Source of the DNA: Octopus bimaculoides
Taxonomy: Eukaryota
Direction: 5' to 3'
DNA length: 51,105 nucleotides
Assembly: GCF_001194135.2 (NCBI RefSeq)
Contig: NC_068982.1
Location: forward strand, 184,068,557-184,119,661
Under the pieces are notes generated by a model. That model had not been told where the DNA came from. It worked only from the letters and a program-made list of their open reading frames with translations, and ran no database searches. Within the stretch, counting starts at the first letter, position 1. Each line of letters begins with the position of its first letter. Below, one piece after another: positions 47,393 to 51,105 of this stretch. Made by a program: the position numbers and the translations under genes.

Positions 47393-47671
47393 CAGTGGGT
47401 TCCAAAGTGGGTAGTACTGCCCTTTGGGGGTGGGGTGTTGAAGAATAATGGGGTGCTAATGGGGTGGCCAAAAGGGGGCAATATGACATTAAAAAAACCC
47501 CCAAAATATTGGGTTGATTAGGTTGAGTTTTATTTGTAAAATATAGTTTTGAATTTGATGCAGAAAGTGGGTTTATGTTTGTGGTGGTGATGGGATGGGT
47601 AGGGTGGGTGGCTAGGAGTATGGCATGGGTACCAAGGCAGGTGGCAACCTGAAAAAGTGCAGGTACCACTG
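47393..47671. mobile_element. hAT-like MITE, old
   Basis: cagtgggttccaaagtggg ... ggtaccactg terminal inverted similarity. TSD not recognisable. Confidence 0.45.
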
Positions 47672-47904
47672 ATCTAAATAAAATGAAAAGAAAAATCTCC
47701 TAGAAAGATGAAAGAAATGTTAAATTTTCATCCATTTGCTAGCGATTTGCAGCAAGTGGATAACTATAAAGCCATAGTGCTGTTGCACCACCCTAGTGGC
47801 CTGTTGTGGTTACATAAACCATCAAGGTAACAAGCTGACAAAATCATTCCAACCCCAGGAAAAATGCTTAGTGGTATTTTATCTGTGTTTATACTTGTGT
47901 GGTG

Positions 47905-48150
47905 GCATGTAGCTTAGTGGTTAGGGTGTTGCACTCATGATTGTAAGATTGCGGTTTCAGTTCCTGGACCAGGCAACATGTTGTGTTCTTGAGCAAAACA
48001 CTTCATGTTATTCCAGTCCACTCAGCAGGCAAAAATGAATTATCTTGCAACAGACCAGTGTCCCATCCAGGTGGGGAATATATATATGCCATGAAATTAG
48101 GAAACTGGCCCTTGTGAGTCAGTATGACTTGAAAAGGTAACTTTATCTTT
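47905..48150 (+). mobile_element. tRNA-derived CORE-type SINE
   Basis: A box tagcttagtggttag, core ttgtgttcttgagcaaaacacttc, downstream gtgtcccatccaggtgggg. Confidence 0.7.
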
Positions 48151-49030
48151 TTGTTGCATAAGCCATCACAGCCAGGAACATGAGCTTCACATCCTGTATG
48201 GCATTTCTCTACCAAAATACAAACAACAATACCATTGATCTGAAAGAACATAAATTGAAATATAGGACTCTTATAACGTAGTATATTTATGATAAATTTA
48301 GGGTTTCATACTTCATTCCAGTATACTGTCATAATGTATTTACATGCATAGAATCATGCATTTTCCTCTACAAAACCACATTAAATATCTTTCAGTAAGT
48401 GTATGGCCAAACATACTAAATTTCTTTTTTTTTATGCACAAAATCTCCTTGAAAATAGAAAGCATCTTATATGCTAGCAAATACATACATATGTAACCTT
48501 TGTGTAGCATTTAAAATGTACTAATTCTCTACTTAAGTTTCATGGTTAAGCTACAGTTTGAATTCTCACAAAGCACAAATATGCCTCAAGCAAAACTAAA
48601 ATGGCTGCTGATGAAGAAAGCAAGAAGGAATAGGAAAGAATATGATGAAGGGCCACAACTCGTTTTTATTAGTCAAGTTTTGCTCCATGTATTAACTATT
48701 TTCAAGAGAAATATAATTAGAGAAGGTTAGAAAGGGATATTGTTAGACAATTAGATATGTATAAGAAAAGTTTTGTATTAAAGTTGTGATAAATTGTGCA
48801 AGTGTATGAGAGGGGAACTTGTGGTGGTCAGTGTGAAAGAGATTTTGTTTTGTTGTCAGTTATGTTTGAAGGTAGTATCTTGTTAGTGCAAGTTGTATGT
48901 GTATTGTGCTAAAGAGATATTTGAAGTGTCAAGTGTATTAAATAACAAATATCTAGTGATATATACAGTTGTATTGCAAGTGTTCATCTGTATTGTGTGC
49001 ACTCCAGGGTATTAGCCTTGATGGGCTTTA

Positions 49031-49405
49031 CTAATGAGTTAGTATGAATTTATCAATGTGTGGGCACCTAATAAAAAGTTTGGTCCTGTTATTTACACAG
49101 TTTCCAGAGTTTTATTACTTACCCCATTATGTACATGTTCTCCACTCAAGAAAGTTAATGTTTCGTTGCCTCATTGGTTTATAGTCTGCACCATTCAAAA
49201 ATTCTCTGTCACCTAATTTCATAATCCACGTTGAGTTCTATTACTTCCCAAAAAGCAGTTAGCCAGTGTTGTGAAAGTTCACTTGTCAAGATATCTACAG
49301 GACGAGTTATGCTTTAAAAGCCTTTTCTTGAATTTACCTTCAATTATGCCTATGTAATTCTTCTTTCCAACTAGCTTATATGATGTATTTGAGATAACTT
49401 CAATG
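49031..49405 (-). pseudogene. Penelope-like element GIY-YIG endonuclease fragment
   Basis: Minus strand KNYIGIIEGKFKKRLLKHNSS...FWEVIELNVDYEIR...VNNRTKLFIRCPHIDKFIL* matches the Y.G.TE..FK.R...H.SSF / IW.LK....Y.I.W / LN.RSEL..KCRH..KF.L pattern. Frameshifts and stops present. Confidence 0.75.
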
Positions 49406-51105
49406 CCTGACCATGAAACATGAGTAGCAAATTTTTACATCATAGGTACTGTATAAAATTCATACCTGTATTGAGTTCTCTCTACTTGTTGAATGTTCAC
49501 TCAGACACGAGTGTGCGTGTGTGTGTGTGTGTGTGTGTGTACACATACACACTGAAGTGAACCACAATTAAGTGAATTGAATTAGTACTCAGTACTATTA
49601 GGTTGAATGAAATAATATTTATTCAAAGCTAAAGCTGTGAGTCATTACTTAATAACTTAGAATTTTTTGATTTTGTTGCTGAGTCACCCAACAATATGAA
49701 TATTGTTTGTATAATGTTCATAAATTTATAAATATTGCATAGTATTGGATATCATGCATATATGACATTCATTATATTATTACATAAATATATATTTATT
49801 TATCATGACGTACATTACATGACATATACTGCATAATGTATTAAATAGCATATATTACACAACATACATCTGAAGATGCATGGCAGGTATATTCCTCACA
49901 CCACATTACACAGTAAATTGCTTGGAGCAAATTGCACAACATTCATTGTATGATTAGATTATGTATATGTCCTGTCAGTAATACCACAACACATTATAAA
50001 ATATAAACTTCACAATAAAGCACTTTGCAACACACATTACATGCTGCATCTTGGGCAAATATCTTCTACTATATTCCAGGACCAACCTAAGCATTGTGAG
50101 TGGGTTTGATAAATAGGCTAAAAGAATCCTGTCATACATAATAATATAATATACATACTTATGTGTTGTGTGTTTGTTGCCTTGTCTTGACATGGCATGA
50201 TAGTTGTAAGCAGGAGTCACTGTCATACAAGAGGTGTCGTTTATTTTTAATCTTCTATCATGGGGAAATATTACTTTGCTTGGAAACAGGTGAACAGGAA
50301 GAAGAGCATCCAATTGTAGCAAAATCAACTGTAATGAATGCCCTCCGACTTATGTAAGCATCTTGGAAAAGTGGACATTAAACATGATAATGATGAGAAT
50401 TACAAAAAGTACTTCACAACGCACGTTGCACAAAGTGCTTTCTACACATGTATTACACAGCAAATATTACACATCACACATTGCAAAATATGTATTTCAT
50501 GCATCTGTTATGCATATGTGTGTGTGTATGTGTATGTGAGTATGCATATATATGTGTGTGTATATATATATGTGTGTGTGTGTGTGTATACGTGTGCATG
50601 TGTGTATCTATATTTATATACACACACACTTATATAATCATTGTTTTAATATAGACTTTTCTCTGCTTGCATGGGTCATATGAGACTGTTGAGGAAGATT
50701 CTCTATGGCCGTATGCTGTTCTTGTTGCTAACGCTCACCTGTTTCCAAGCAAGTAATAATTACCCCAGTCTTTCAAACAATAAACAGGCCAGCCATGCTT
50801 TTGTGGTGAACTGCAAATAAATGATGGCTTTTACATGAACCAGGACACTTGGTTTATGACCAATGCACACATATTTGGACAAAGGGAATATGAACACACA
50901 CTCACACACACACATACATGTATGTACATGTACACTCACACATATACACACGACAGGTTTCTTCAAGTTTTTACTGCTATAGTATAGTACACCAGCCCAA
51001 CAGTGTTCACTCTGGAAATGAACCCCCAATTTATGAGGTTCTGATGCACACTTCATAACTACACACCCAAGTCAAGCCTATATATATATATATATATATA
51101 TATAT

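Overview
AT-rich eukaryotic scaffold window with many microsatellite-flanked N gaps. Its SINE and MITE repertoire suggests a coleoid cephalopod, probably Octopus (inference from repeat types only). I can support one host gene: a + strand C7orf57-like gene (DUF5524 family, as I recall) with four coding exons at 38623-38802, 41932-42046, 44243-44623 and 46117-46273. These have GT-AG introns and mutually compatible phases. Exons 2-4 are intact. In the first exon the three conserved blocks (WFYH, SQVPG, KDTDSKYVRLAK) are not in one reading frame, and the breaks map to short A-runs. An RFX X-box-like site lies about 1.3 kb upstream, and inverted retroposon copies flank exons 2 and 3. The rest is layered, decayed mobile DNA: a near full-length dead RTE LINE, RLE-type (R4/Dong-like) LINE ends, Penelope-like remnants including a minimal hammerhead ribozyme motif, a Merlin/IS1595-like transposase remnant with a matching MITE, hAT and mariner MITEs with TSDs, a tandem-repeat-TIR element, several tRNA-derived SINE families, and mini/microsatellites. 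Most ORFs in the supplied track are artefacts of microsatellites and N runs. No prokaryotic-type system (CRISPR, operon) is present. All family assignments are from recalled motifs, not database searches.
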